A program made the translations under genes and the position numbers. A DNA stretch of 63,971 nt, filler included, from Octopus bimaculoides (Eukaryota): the NCBI RefSeq assembly GCF_001194135.2. It is 5 parts of 5 records of this genome, joined end to end, with 100 filler letters (N's around TTAATTAATTAA, not from the genome) between each part and the next. Parts side by side here need not be neighbours in the genome. Positions count along the whole stretch, not along the records: positions 48,785 to 63,971 come from NC_069003.1; 4 more parts are not named here. One strand, given 5' to 3'. The notes under the pieces are model-generated. The model was not told the origin of the DNA, made no database searches, and worked only from the letters and a program-made list of their open reading frames with translations. Within the stretch, counting starts at the first letter, position 1; each line of letters starts with the position of its first letter. Shown one piece after another: positions 54,457-63,971 of this stretch.

Positions 54457-54672
54457 CCGTTATCACTCACAAGAGGCTAAATATAGAGGGGACAAACAAG
54501 GACAGACAAAGGTATTAAGTTGATTACGTCGACTCCCGTACTTATCTAATCGACCCCAAAAGGATGAATGGCAAAGAGAATCTCGGCGGAATTTGGACCC
54601 AGAACATAACGGCAGACGAAATAACGCTAAGCATTTCGATCGGCGTGCTAACGTTTCTGCCAGCACGTCGCT
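54457..54672 (-). mobile_element. SINE family B (same tail type as 18308-18545)
   Basis: 'cacaagaggctaaatatagaggggacaaacaaggacagacaaagg..atcgaccccaaaaggatgaatggc..gctaacgtttctgccagc'. Confidence 0.85.
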
Positions 54673-55520
54673 CTATGCGAACAGGATATAAAAAATGGTG
54701 GGTTATTCTAATTATCATTCTAATTATGTCTACACAAATATATATATATCTACACAAATTTATATATATCTACACANNNNNNNNNNNNNNNNNNNNNNNN
54801 NNNNNNNNNNNNNNNNNNNNNNNNNNNNNNNNNNNNNNNNNNNNNNNNNNNNNNNNNNNNNNNNNNNNNNNNNNNNNNNNNNNNNNNNNNNNNNNNNNNN
54901 NNNNNNNNNNNNNNNNNNNNNNNNNNNNNNNNNNNNNNNNNNNNNNNNNNNNNNNNNNNNNNNNNNNNNNNNNNNNNNNNNNNNNNNNNNNNNNNNNNNN
55001 NNNNNNNNNNNNNNNNNNNNNNNNNNNNNNNNNNNNNNNNNNNNNNNNNNNNNNNNNNNNNNNNNNNNNNNNNNNNNNNNNNNNNNNNNNNNNNNNNNNN
55101 NNNNNNNNNNNNNNNNNNNNNNNNNNNNNNNNNNNNNNNNNNNNNNNNNNNNNNNNNNNNNNNNNNNNNNNNNNNNNNNNNNNNNNNNNNNNNNNNNNNN
55201 NNNNNNNNNNNNNNNNNNNNNNNNNNNNNNNNNNNNNNNNNNNNNNNNNNNNNNNNNNNNNNNNNNNNNNNNNNNNNNNNNNNNNNNNNNNNNNNNNNNN
55301 NNNNNNNNNNNNNNNNNNNNNNNNNNNNNNNNNNNNNNNNNNNNNNNNNNNNNNNNNNNNNNNNNNNNNNNNNNNNNNNNNNNNNNNNNNNNNNNNNNNN
55401 NNNNNNNNNNATATATATATATATATATGTATGTATATATATATATATATATACTCCACACACACACATACCTGAATACGTGTGTGTGTTTGTGTGTAAA
55501 AATTAGCTCCATATTCTTTT

Positions 55521-55667
55521 ATTTGATGTCGTCCGTTTTTATGTTCTGAGTTCGAATTCTGCAGAGGTCGACTTTACCTTTCATCCTTTTGGGGTCGATG
55601 AAATAACAGTAGTAATCGACTTACCATCTAGCCCGAAATTGCTGGCCTTGTGCCAAAATTTGCAAGC
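55521..55667 (+). mobile_element. SINE family B, 5'-truncated
   Basis: 'gtccgtttttatgttctgagttcgaattc..gaggtcgactttacctttcatccttttggggtcgat..cccgaaattgctggccttgtgccaaaattt'. Confidence 0.85.
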
Positions 55668-56300
55668 AGTATTCATGAAGAGTATTGCTATTACTAGAAT
55701 GTTCGTATCGATCATATGATGGGTAACTTTGGGAGTATACTTCTACTATGATGGGTAATATCAGAAAATATGCCATATTCAAATTATAATCATCGTATAA
55801 TGATTATAATTTGACTTTTATCATATTTTTCGAAAGAAAAATATTTATTACCTAAGAAAATTCAATAAAGCAAATTTGTCATATGTATAACTCCTCTGTT
55901 ATTTCTTCGTCTTTCTTCTTTCACGTACGCTTTTTCCTCGCGGGACGTTCACCTCATCAGAACGATTCCAACACTTTCCAGTACCATCCTTGGAAAACAG
56001 CTCTGGTTTTCTTGATATGGATACAATTAAAACAAGCGCGACTTCAAACACTTGAATATTCTGGAAACAATGTGGTCTATATGTACATATATTTAAATAA
56101 TTATCGATATATCTTAATTAATTTTATCGAAGACTATCGACACATTATTGCTCATATATTGATCGCATAGAACATTGTAAATATTGCAACATAAAATTTA
56201 ATGTTTATCCACTTTTCTAGTGAAGTAAAATATGTTCAAAATTTTGATTTATTTACTTATAACCGCCGATAGATGTGCTATTTATATAGTAAAAAGCGAA

Positions 56301-56520
56301 AAAGCTGGCGAGCTGGTAGAATCGTTTGCAACGCCGAGCAAAATGCTTTTCGAAATTTCGTCCCTTCTTACGTTTTGAGTTCAAATTCTGCTGAGGTTGA
56401 CCTTGCCTGTCATCCTTTCGGGTTCGATAAAACAAGTGCCCTTTGAAAACTGGCGTCGATGTAATCGACTTACCCCTCACCCGAAAGTTTTGGCCTTGTA
56501 CCAACGTTTGAAACCAATAT
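56301..56520 (+). mobile_element. SINE family B, full length
   Basis: 'ggcgagctggtagaatcgtt..gagttcaaattctgctgagg..gtcgatgtaatcgacttacccc..ggccttgtaccaacgtttgaaacc'. Confidence 0.85.
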
Positions 56521-56528
56521 ATTAAGTA

Positions 56529-57494
56529 GTGGGTTGCTAGATTAAATTCGTTCGTTTCTTTGCAAAGTTATTTGAATTAACACGAGGTGTTATTTTTATC
56601 TTAATGTTTTAAGTTTGTTTTTTGTGTAGCGCTATTCTTTTTCTACAACTTTTGCTCATCGTTTTAATAATTTGAATGAATTTTATCTCTTTTCAAACGT
56701 ATGACAATGGAGTACCCAGTAGAGATAAAAAAAAGTGAGAATTTTCGAAATCTGTTTCTCTTCACTTTCATTCAAGGTTCCAAATCTGACAAAACCGCTC
56801 GAGACATTTGTGTTGTGTACATAGAATGCGCTATTGCCGAAAGAACTTTACAGAATTGGTCTTTCACGCATCAAGGGAGGGAATTCTATATTAAATTCTC
56901 CACGTTACGGCCGTCTTGTTCACATCAATTCATCGATTGAACGAAATAATCCGTGAGGATCTGCGCCAGTCCACTAGGGAACTGACCCTGTCGATCAGAT
57001 GATCGCGTGATACCGTCACCCGTCATCTTCGCTCAACGGTTAAGATCAATAACTTGGTAACATGGATGCCACCCGCTTTGAACGAAAGAGACAAACTCCA
57101 GTGTGCTTCTTCAACACGGCGACGCTTGCTCTCGCTTCGTTAATCTGACCACAAATGCAATTCAAGAGCTCAGTTGGGAAGATCTATCGCACCCACCCTA
57201 TTCTCCTGATATGGCACCTTCAGGTTATTAGCTTTTTCTGTCGCTCACCAAAAGTCTGCGAAACGTTTCGCTCAATGATGTGTAGCAGGAAACGTGACTC
57301 GGTGAATTTTTCGAGCCAAGAATCTGTGATTTCCACAGTGAAAGAAAGCATTGACTAAGGAATGGAAAAATGGCAAGAAATCCTGAACAATGAAGAGGAA
57401 TATATTATTCATTGAATTGTGAATTATGTTGATGAAAAATAAAGACTAAAATAAACAGAAAAAAAAAACCGAACGAATTTACCTGACAACCCAA
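56529..57494 (+). mobile_element. Decayed, internally deleted mariner transposon
   Basis: Imperfect TIRs gtgggttgctagattaaattcgttcg / cgaacgaatttacctgacaacccaa. N-terminal HTH remnant MEYPVEIKKSENFRNLFLFTFIQGSK..ARDIC..IAERT and C-terminal remnant ELSWEDLSHPPYSPDMAPS. Confidence 0.8.
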
Positions 57495-57681
57495 TGACAA
57501 TCCAATAAGATTCGGAAATCGATTAAGGTTGTTTAGCAATTTTTTTAATCTGCGAAGAAACAGCCAAACTAGCCCTGTTTATAAGGTACTAAATAATTTA
57601 CACACACACACACGAGCACGGACGCACACACACACAAAGACACACCACACACATATACATATGTATATATGTATATGTATG

Positions 57682-57713
<32 letters not shown>

Positions 57714-57714
<1 letters not shown>

Positions 57715-59007
57715 TGGGTTGGCAAGAAAGTAATTTCGTTTTTTTCAAATAGATTTACGATTTATTTGAATGACTTTTGTCAATGTTATGGTTTTCCTGT
57801 TGACATTTGATAGCCGTTACTTTTAGCTTACTTTAGAAGCAAATTGCGCGTAATTTTCTTTACAGCTGTTAGTTCAGTGTCACTTTTCGCCATATTTTGC
57901 TTCTTTTAATTCCGANNNNNNNNNNTAATTTTCTTTACAGCTGTTAGTTCAGTGTCACTTTTCGCCATATTTTGCTTCTTTTAATTCCGAAAAGGCAAGG
58001 AAGCTGCCGAGGCCTACAAAGAGATGTGTGAAGTTTCTGGTGTTGATTGTTTAATAGAACGCACATGTCAGAAATGGTTTAAAAAATTCCGTTCTGAAGA
58101 TTTTTCACTCAAAGATAACCAGCGTTCTGGTCGACCTACTGAAGTTGATGATGACCGAATCAAAGCCATAACTGAATCTGATTGTCATATAACTGTGCAA
58201 GAGATTGCAGAGAGGTTCAATGTATGACACACAAAAATTGAAAATCACTTAGAATGTCTTGGACTCGTTAAGAAGCTCGATATTTAGGCTCCACATACAT
58301 TGAAAGAGATTCACTTAAAACAAAAAATCAATATTTGTGATATGCATCTCAAACGCAATGGCATCGACCTTTTTTTTAAAACGAATCATCCATGACGATG
58401 AAAAGTAGATTGTCTACAATAACATCAATCGAAAACGATTATGGTACAAGCGTAATGAACCAGCACAAACCACATCGAAAGCTGAATTGCATCAAAAAAA
58501 TGTTATGCTCTCAATTTGGTGTGATTACAAAGGTGTTGTGTATTTTGAGCTGCTTCCAAGGAACCAAACGATTAATTCAGATGTTTACTTTCAACAACTA
58601 ATGAAACGAGGAAGCAAAGAAAAACGGCCAGGATTGGCAAATTGTAAAGGAATCGTGTTCCACTATGACAACGCTAGATCTCACACGTCTTTGCTAACAC
58701 GTGAAAAATTATTGGAGCTTAGTTGGGAAATGATGTCACATCCACCATATAGCCCTGACCTTGCGCCATCAGATTACGATTTATTTCGAAGTTTGCAAAA
58801 TATTTTGAATAGTAAAACTTTCAATAATGATGATGACCTGAAATCGACTTGCTTCAGCTTTTGGCTGATCAGGATCAGAAGTTCTATAAGCGCGGAATCA
58901 TGAAGTTGCCAGAAAGATGGCAAAAGGTCATCGAACAAAATGGAAAATAAAAAAAATGACTTTTATTTCATACTAAAAAAGCTGAAATTACTTTCTTGTC
59001 AACCCTA
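57714..59007 (+). mobile_element. Full-length but disrupted mariner (DD34D) transposon
   Basis: TIRs ttgggttggcaagaaagtaatttc and (reverse complement) tagggttgacaagaaagtaatttc, with TA flanks at 57712-57713 and 59008-59009. Transposase pieces CQKWFKKFRS..RSGRP, DEK, FHYDNARSH and HPPYSPDLAPSDY carry stops and frameshifts. Confidence 0.95.
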
Positions 59008-60146
59008 TATATANNNNNNNNNNNNNNNNNNNNNNNNNNNNNNNNNNNNNNNNNNNNNNNNNNNNNNNNNNNNNNNNNNNNNNNNNNNNNNNNNNNNNNN
59101 NNNNNNNNNNNNNNNNNNNNNNNNNNNNNNNNNNNNNNNNNNNNNNNNNNNNNNNNNNNNNNNNNNNNNNNNNNNNNNNNNNNNNNNNNNNNNNNNNNNN
59201 NNNNNNNNNNNNNNNNNNNNNNNNNNNNNNNNNNNNNNNNNNNNNNNNNNNNNNNNNNNNNNNNNNNNNNNNNNNNNNNNNNNNNNNNNNNNNNNNNNNN
59301 NNNNNNNNNNNNNNNNNNNNNNNNNNNNNNNNNNNNNNNNNNNNNNNNNNNNNNNNNNNNNNNNNNNNNNNNNNNNNNNNNNNNNNNNNNNNNNNNNNNN
59401 NNNNNNNNNNNNNNNNNNNNNNNNNNNNNNNNNNNNNNNNNNNNNNNNNNNNNNNNNNNNNNNNNNNNNNNNNNNNNNNNNNNNNNNNNNNNNNNNNNNN
59501 NNNNNNNNNNNNNNNNNNNNNNNNNNNNNNNNNNNNNNNNNNNNNNNNNNNNNNNNNNNNNNNNNNNNNNAAGAGGTATCCATCATAGGACTACCTGCAC
59601 GCTAGAGAGGACAGTTAAATTCCAAACCATTAGGGATAAAATTTCGAAGGGAATGAAAAATAAAAACATTTACCATCTAACTCCTGGACCAAATCGTTTC
59701 AGACTTTTTTTTAGCAAATAAAATAATTTGCTAGGCGAAGCCTTCTTCAGCAGGTACACCTTACATTAAATATATATACACGCGGCAATCCAGTATATGC
59801 CCCGTGCTTATACATTCTAAGTTTTCAAATCTACCGCACAAGCGCAGTTCCTTGTCGGCAGTAAATAAATATGCCGGCTTTTTCATTTTGAAAATTATCC
59901 AAGAAAAAATTATCAATAATTAGTAATATCAAAGGGTAATCTGAAATATTAGAAATTTCCATTACCAATGGCCTAGCGTGTGAAAATTTAGTCAATAGAC
60001 TATATATTATTCATATAAATACAGTGTACATTTAAACACATAACAGGTAGCCATCATAGGACTATCTGCACGCTAGAGAGGACAGTTAAATTCCAAACCA
60101 CTATTAAGGATAAATTTCGAAGGGAATGAAAAATAAAAACATTTAC

Positions 60147-60404
60147 ATATGCCCACGGGCGTATGGTGTAGTGGTTAAGAGCGCGGGCTACTAACCCCAA
60201 GATTCCGAGTTCGATTCCAAGCGGTGACCTGAACACTAATAATAATAATAATAATAATAATAACATCGAAAATACCTTAGAAATGAGAACCCAGGTTCGA
60301 AATATCCCCAAGACACCTGAAGAAGGCTGGAGGGTATATCAGCTGAAACGTTGTGTTAACAACAAACAAGATGAGGACAAATATCCGTCGAATGTAAATA
60401 ATGT
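60147..60404 (+). mobile_element. tRNA-headed SINE with hammerhead-containing tail (family D), 16-bp TSD
   Basis: A box tggtgtagtgg (60164-60174), B box gagttcgattcc (60207-60218), internal (AAT)n, and an HHR-like tail. TSD aaataaaaacatttac (60131-60146) / aaataaaaacagttac (60405-60420). Confidence 0.85.
60312..60357 (+). ncRNA. Minimal (Penelope-type) type I hammerhead motif
   Basis: gacac-CUGAAGA-a-ggcugg/agggtata/ucagcu-GAAA-C-GUU-guguu. Stem I has 5 bp and stem II has 6 bp including wobbles. The palindromic AACGUU replaces helix III. Confidence 0.6.
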
Positions 60405-60432
60405 AAATAAAAACAGTTACCATCTAACTCCT

Positions 60433-60627
60433 CTGTGGAAAGAAGCTAGTTTCTCAACCACGCGGTTCCGGGTTCAGTTCCACTGCGTGCAATTTTGGGC
60501 AACTGTTTTCTACTATAGTCTCGGGTTGACTAAAGCCTTGTGAGTGGATTTAGTAGGCGGAAACTGAAAGAAGCCCGTCGTATAAAAATATAAATAATAT
60601 ATTTATGAGTGTGTGTCTTTGTGTCTT
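60433..60627 (+). mobile_element. SINE family A, 5' half
   Basis: 'aaccacgcggttccgggttcagttccactgcgtg..gggcaactgttttctactatagtctcggg..ggaaactgaaagaagcccgtcgta'. Confidence 0.85.
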
Positions 60628-60936
60628 TAATAGTCCTATGACGGATATCTCTTATGTGCTTAAATGTTACACTGTATTTATATGAATAATATATTGTCTA
60701 TGGACTAAATTTTTACACGCTTGGCCACTGGTAATGGAAATTTCTAACATTTCAGATTACCCTTTGATATTATTAATAATAGTTAACCCCGCCGAAAAAA
60801 AAAAACGGAGAAAAAACACAAGAAAAAAACAACAACNNNNNNNNNNNNNNNNNNNNNNNNNNNNNNNNNNNNNNNNNNNNNNNNNNNNNNNNNNNNNNNN
60901 NNNNNNNNNNNNNNNNNNNNNNNNNNNNNNNNNNNN

Positions 60937-60967
<31 letters not shown>

Positions 60968-61004
60968 ATGTATATATATATATAAACTTGCCATTAGCTG
61001 GTAC

Positions 61005-61450
61005 CCAAGTTATGGTTGCTCTCGAGTACCGTTGATCAGCTAGATAGATATTATTGCCAGCAAGGTAGAATCGGCAATCTGCTACAATGTCTTGCAGTGG
61101 TTGTGACCCTCGCTCTTCTCAGATTCTCATTTGTGACATGGTTCCACCAGTTGACCCCTCAAGGTATTTTTGAAGCACCTTTGTACAACAGTGCACCAGA
61201 GTGTGTTAAAAATAAATGTGCACATCTCTCTTCTTATCCTCCCTGCATCAGGTATTTATAAAATATAATTTCCAGCTAAGAAAATCACAGTACACGCAAG
61301 TAAATACATTGTTTACTGTTTTCTATATATCGAAACAGAAATCCCGGTTTAGTTCCAAATGAGCGAGGACGAATCTGCCTTGAAAAGGCGAAATCAAACC
61401 ATAGCACTGTGTCTGGGAGTCCGCTGACGTCATTTGGATATCGGATCAAT
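61005..61450 (-). pseudogene. Decayed RTE-like LINE, post-RT region
   Basis: Frameshifted peptides LIWN*TGIS..YLLAC, GVNWWNHVTNENLRRA and PLQDIVADCRFYLAG resemble the RTE C-terminal motifs (W.DHV.NEE; PL..IV..RRL..AGH). Confidence 0.65.
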
Positions 61451-62286
61451 GTGTTTCCACACAGCATGGTCTAAAGAGAGAAAGCTTTTCTCCAACACAA
61501 TATCCTCTAGCGACTACTTTGACGTTTTGCTGCACTAGAGCGTGTCAAAATAAATATATACCTTTTTGATATATACATTTTTTGATATTGAGTTAGTAGC
61601 TAAACACTATTAAATGACGTAATACAAGGCTACATACGGTTTAAAATATTTAAGATCTTTGTAATTAGCAGAAAAAATATCACATATGTATATCCCGTGT
61701 GTCTGCTACGTTACTTCTCGATTTAAAATTCAAATTGAAGAGTAAGACCGCTATGAATTTGCAAGAATAACTTACCTTAGAATAACCTCCACCAGGGCAT
61801 CACGTGTCACCACAAAATATATCCACTGGATTTAAGAGCTTAGTGTTAAAAATGTCGTTATACTCCACTATATCATTTATGCAATGTATAATGTTCGTAA
61901 TGGGGATGAGTATGTTTTTTTTAAAACAACAACAACAGCGTTTTGACTTTCATATTTCAATATTATTTCCCGATGAAATGGTCTGGTTTTCTATCTTATG
62001 CAAATTTACCAATTATGTATTTGTGTATGTTAATTATGTGATAATTATATATTGGTGATAACGATGATAATATATGTATTATATCTAAAACGCGCATATA
62101 TAAAACCGGATATGCAAGGAGTGACATTTAACATTTTGGTGATCTTTTGCTCGCACTTGAGATCGTGCGCTCCCACATTTCTGAGCCCGAGGCCCAAATT
62201 GTCACTAGATACCTTTCCTCGGTTTGCCTTTGGGTCTTGCCAGCAGAGTGCAGAAGGTCTATGGGGTGTTGTGCAATCTTATTGGG

Positions 62287-62342
<56 letters not shown>

Positions 62343-62353
62343 CNNNNNNNNNN

Positions 62354-62407
<54 letters not shown>

Positions 62408-62599
62408 CCCACACCATCATTCACACACCTACACATGGACACATGCACACGTCAAGGTCACCAGACCCCGTCCACACGCACATACACGCTTTCACATACA
62501 CGCTCTCACATACACACGCACGGACACCTTCGTTTTGGGATCACCACTACATTATTATCTCCCCTTCTTTCTAGCTCTCCTGTGTGATCCCTCTGTCCG

Positions 62600-62815
62600 G
62601 CATTCGCGATGATAGATCGCTAACTACTACACATTCTTTATTTTCTCTCCCTGTCTATTTGTGTGTTCCTTTCTTTCGAAGAGCGTAGGCTCGAAACGTA
62701 AAAGACTTTCTCACTTCCGGAGCGTTAAACTATTACATCTGTTTGTTGTTTACACACCCGTCTTCGTCTTTTGTTTTTTTTTTGTAAATTCTCACTATAT
62801 GTATATAAAGAGACA
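62600..62815 (+). mobile_element. Probable Penelope-like terminal-repeat fragment with degenerate HHR
   Basis: Contains tcttt-cGAAGA-gcgtaggctc-GAAA-cGUA-aaaga (62672-62705). Boundaries are approximate. Confidence 0.4.
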
Positions 62816-62833
62816 AAGTGCATGTACGCCGCT

Positions 62834-62880
<47 letters not shown>

Positions 62881-62884
62881 CGTA

Positions 62885-63090
62885 CGAAGGGATGCTGAAA
62901 AAAGTCCTCTTCTAATAAAGGAAGATCAGTTAATTATGATTTTATTCAACATATTCCCCTCTCAGATTCACGCACTTATTGTTGCAATCTTCAGGTTTCT
63001 AAGCCCTGAAAAAGAACTCGGAAGGTTGGGCTTCCAACCAGGCCTTTCGCGATACCCTTAAAACCAGGAACTTTTTCAGCACCCACCTCG
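62885..63090. mobile_element. Tc1/mariner-type MITE (206 bp)
   Basis: Imperfect TIRs cgaagggatgctgaaaaaagtcct / aggaactttttcagcacccacctcg, with TA on both flanks (62883-62884 and 63091-63092). No coding capacity. Confidence 0.8.
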
Positions 63091-63308
63091 TATGTATGTA
63101 TGTATGTATGTATGAGTATATTGATATATATAAGTGCGTGTGTGTGTGTGTGTGTGTGTGTATTTTCCAAAAAGGCATCCTAATGTTGGTTAAGTTCAAA
63201 TAAATGATGTTCTTTCCTATTATTCCAACATACGCACACTACGCATACATACATACATACATACATAATACATACATACATACACACAAATACACATAAA
63301 CACACATG

Positions 63309-63346
<38 letters not shown>

Positions 63347-63768
63347 GCCTTCGCTGGAGAATCGCTTTTATCGAACGACTTCCTTGTATACCATTGCGGT
63401 CACAACTATCGCCGATTGCACGACAGGCTTGCGTGTTTCGCCACATACCGCTTATCTTTTGTCTCCACTAATGTTACTTTCTCCTCCTCAACACATCTCA
63501 CCTACATATTACCAGTGATTCTATTTGTGCACCACTAAATATCATACAAATCCATTGCCCCCGCTTTCTTTTTCTTCACAATCCGTCAGCATTATTATTT
63601 AATCACCCATAGCCATGTCAGAGACAGTCGGCCATATTGTGAGAATGACAATGTGTGACGTCATAGACAAAAAAATAAAAAAGGAAACGCTGGTCTGATT
63701 TGTTTCTGCGATATTTACAAATACCACTTAGTTTTCCTCTCTTTCTCAAGTTCGCATCACGTATGACT

Positions 63769-63771
63769 TTT

Positions 63772-63815
<44 letters not shown>

Positions 63816-63971
63816 ATAGTTTGTGGTTGTTATTGTTTTGTTGATGTTATTGTTGCCGTCGTCGTCGTTCTTCTTCTTCTTCTTCTTCTTCTTCTTCTTC
63901 TTCTTCTTCTTCTTCTTCTTCTTCTTCTTCTTCTTCTTCTTCTTCTTCTTCTTCTTCTTCTTCTTCTTCTT
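63769..63971. repeat. (TTTC)n, (GTT/GTC)n and long (TTC)n microsatellites
   Basis: Seen directly; pure (TTC)n from 63868 to the window end. Confidence 0.95.

Larger units (their letters stand above)
59571..60780. repeat. Local tandem (period ~471 bp) plus inverted duplication
   Basis: 59574-59685 matches 60045-60146 joined to 60421-60432. 60628-60780 is the reverse complement of about 59914-60063 with scattered mismatches. Confidence 0.85.

Noticed and set aside
57850-57990. ~65-bp direct duplication inside the mariner on either side of a 10-N gap
   Set aside because: Identical overlap across a gap is typical of unmerged contig ends.
59725-59755. CUGAAGA followed by a small hairpin on the minus strand
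   Set aside because: It lacks the GAAA core segment and a cleavage triplet, so it is not a hammerhead.
60151-60232. Apparent tRNA gene
   Set aside because: It has A and B boxes but no convincing acceptor-stem closure, and lies within a TSD-bounded SINE.

Overview
AT-rich, gap-ridden, repeat-dominated eukaryotic DNA. The SINE families look like those of octopus, so a coleoid cephalopod source is likely; this is my inference from pattern recognition, not a database result. I cannot support any intact host protein-coding gene, tRNA/rRNA gene or CRISPR array. Almost all long ORFs in the track are artefacts of N-gaps or microsatellites. The window holds: (1) two abundant tRNA-derived SINE families, called A (CORE-type, with an internal microsatellite) and B (three alternative 3' tails); (2) a head-to-tail minus-strand array of R4/Dong-like RLE LINE fragments, each embedded in (AAT)n (41.8-47.0 kb), plus another copy at 8.1 kb; (3) decayed RTE-like and Tx1/L1-like LINE fragments; (4) two decayed mariner transposons, a mariner-type MITE and a hAT-type MITE; (5) several hammerhead-ribozyme (HHR) motifs of the Penelope-element type. 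The most interesting object is a 258-bp tRNA-headed SINE with a minimal hammerhead in its 3' tail (60147-60404). It has a 16-bp target-site duplication, and its empty pre-insertion site is preserved about 470 bp upstream in a local duplication. A second, more complete type I HHR lies at 18991-19051 on the minus strand.
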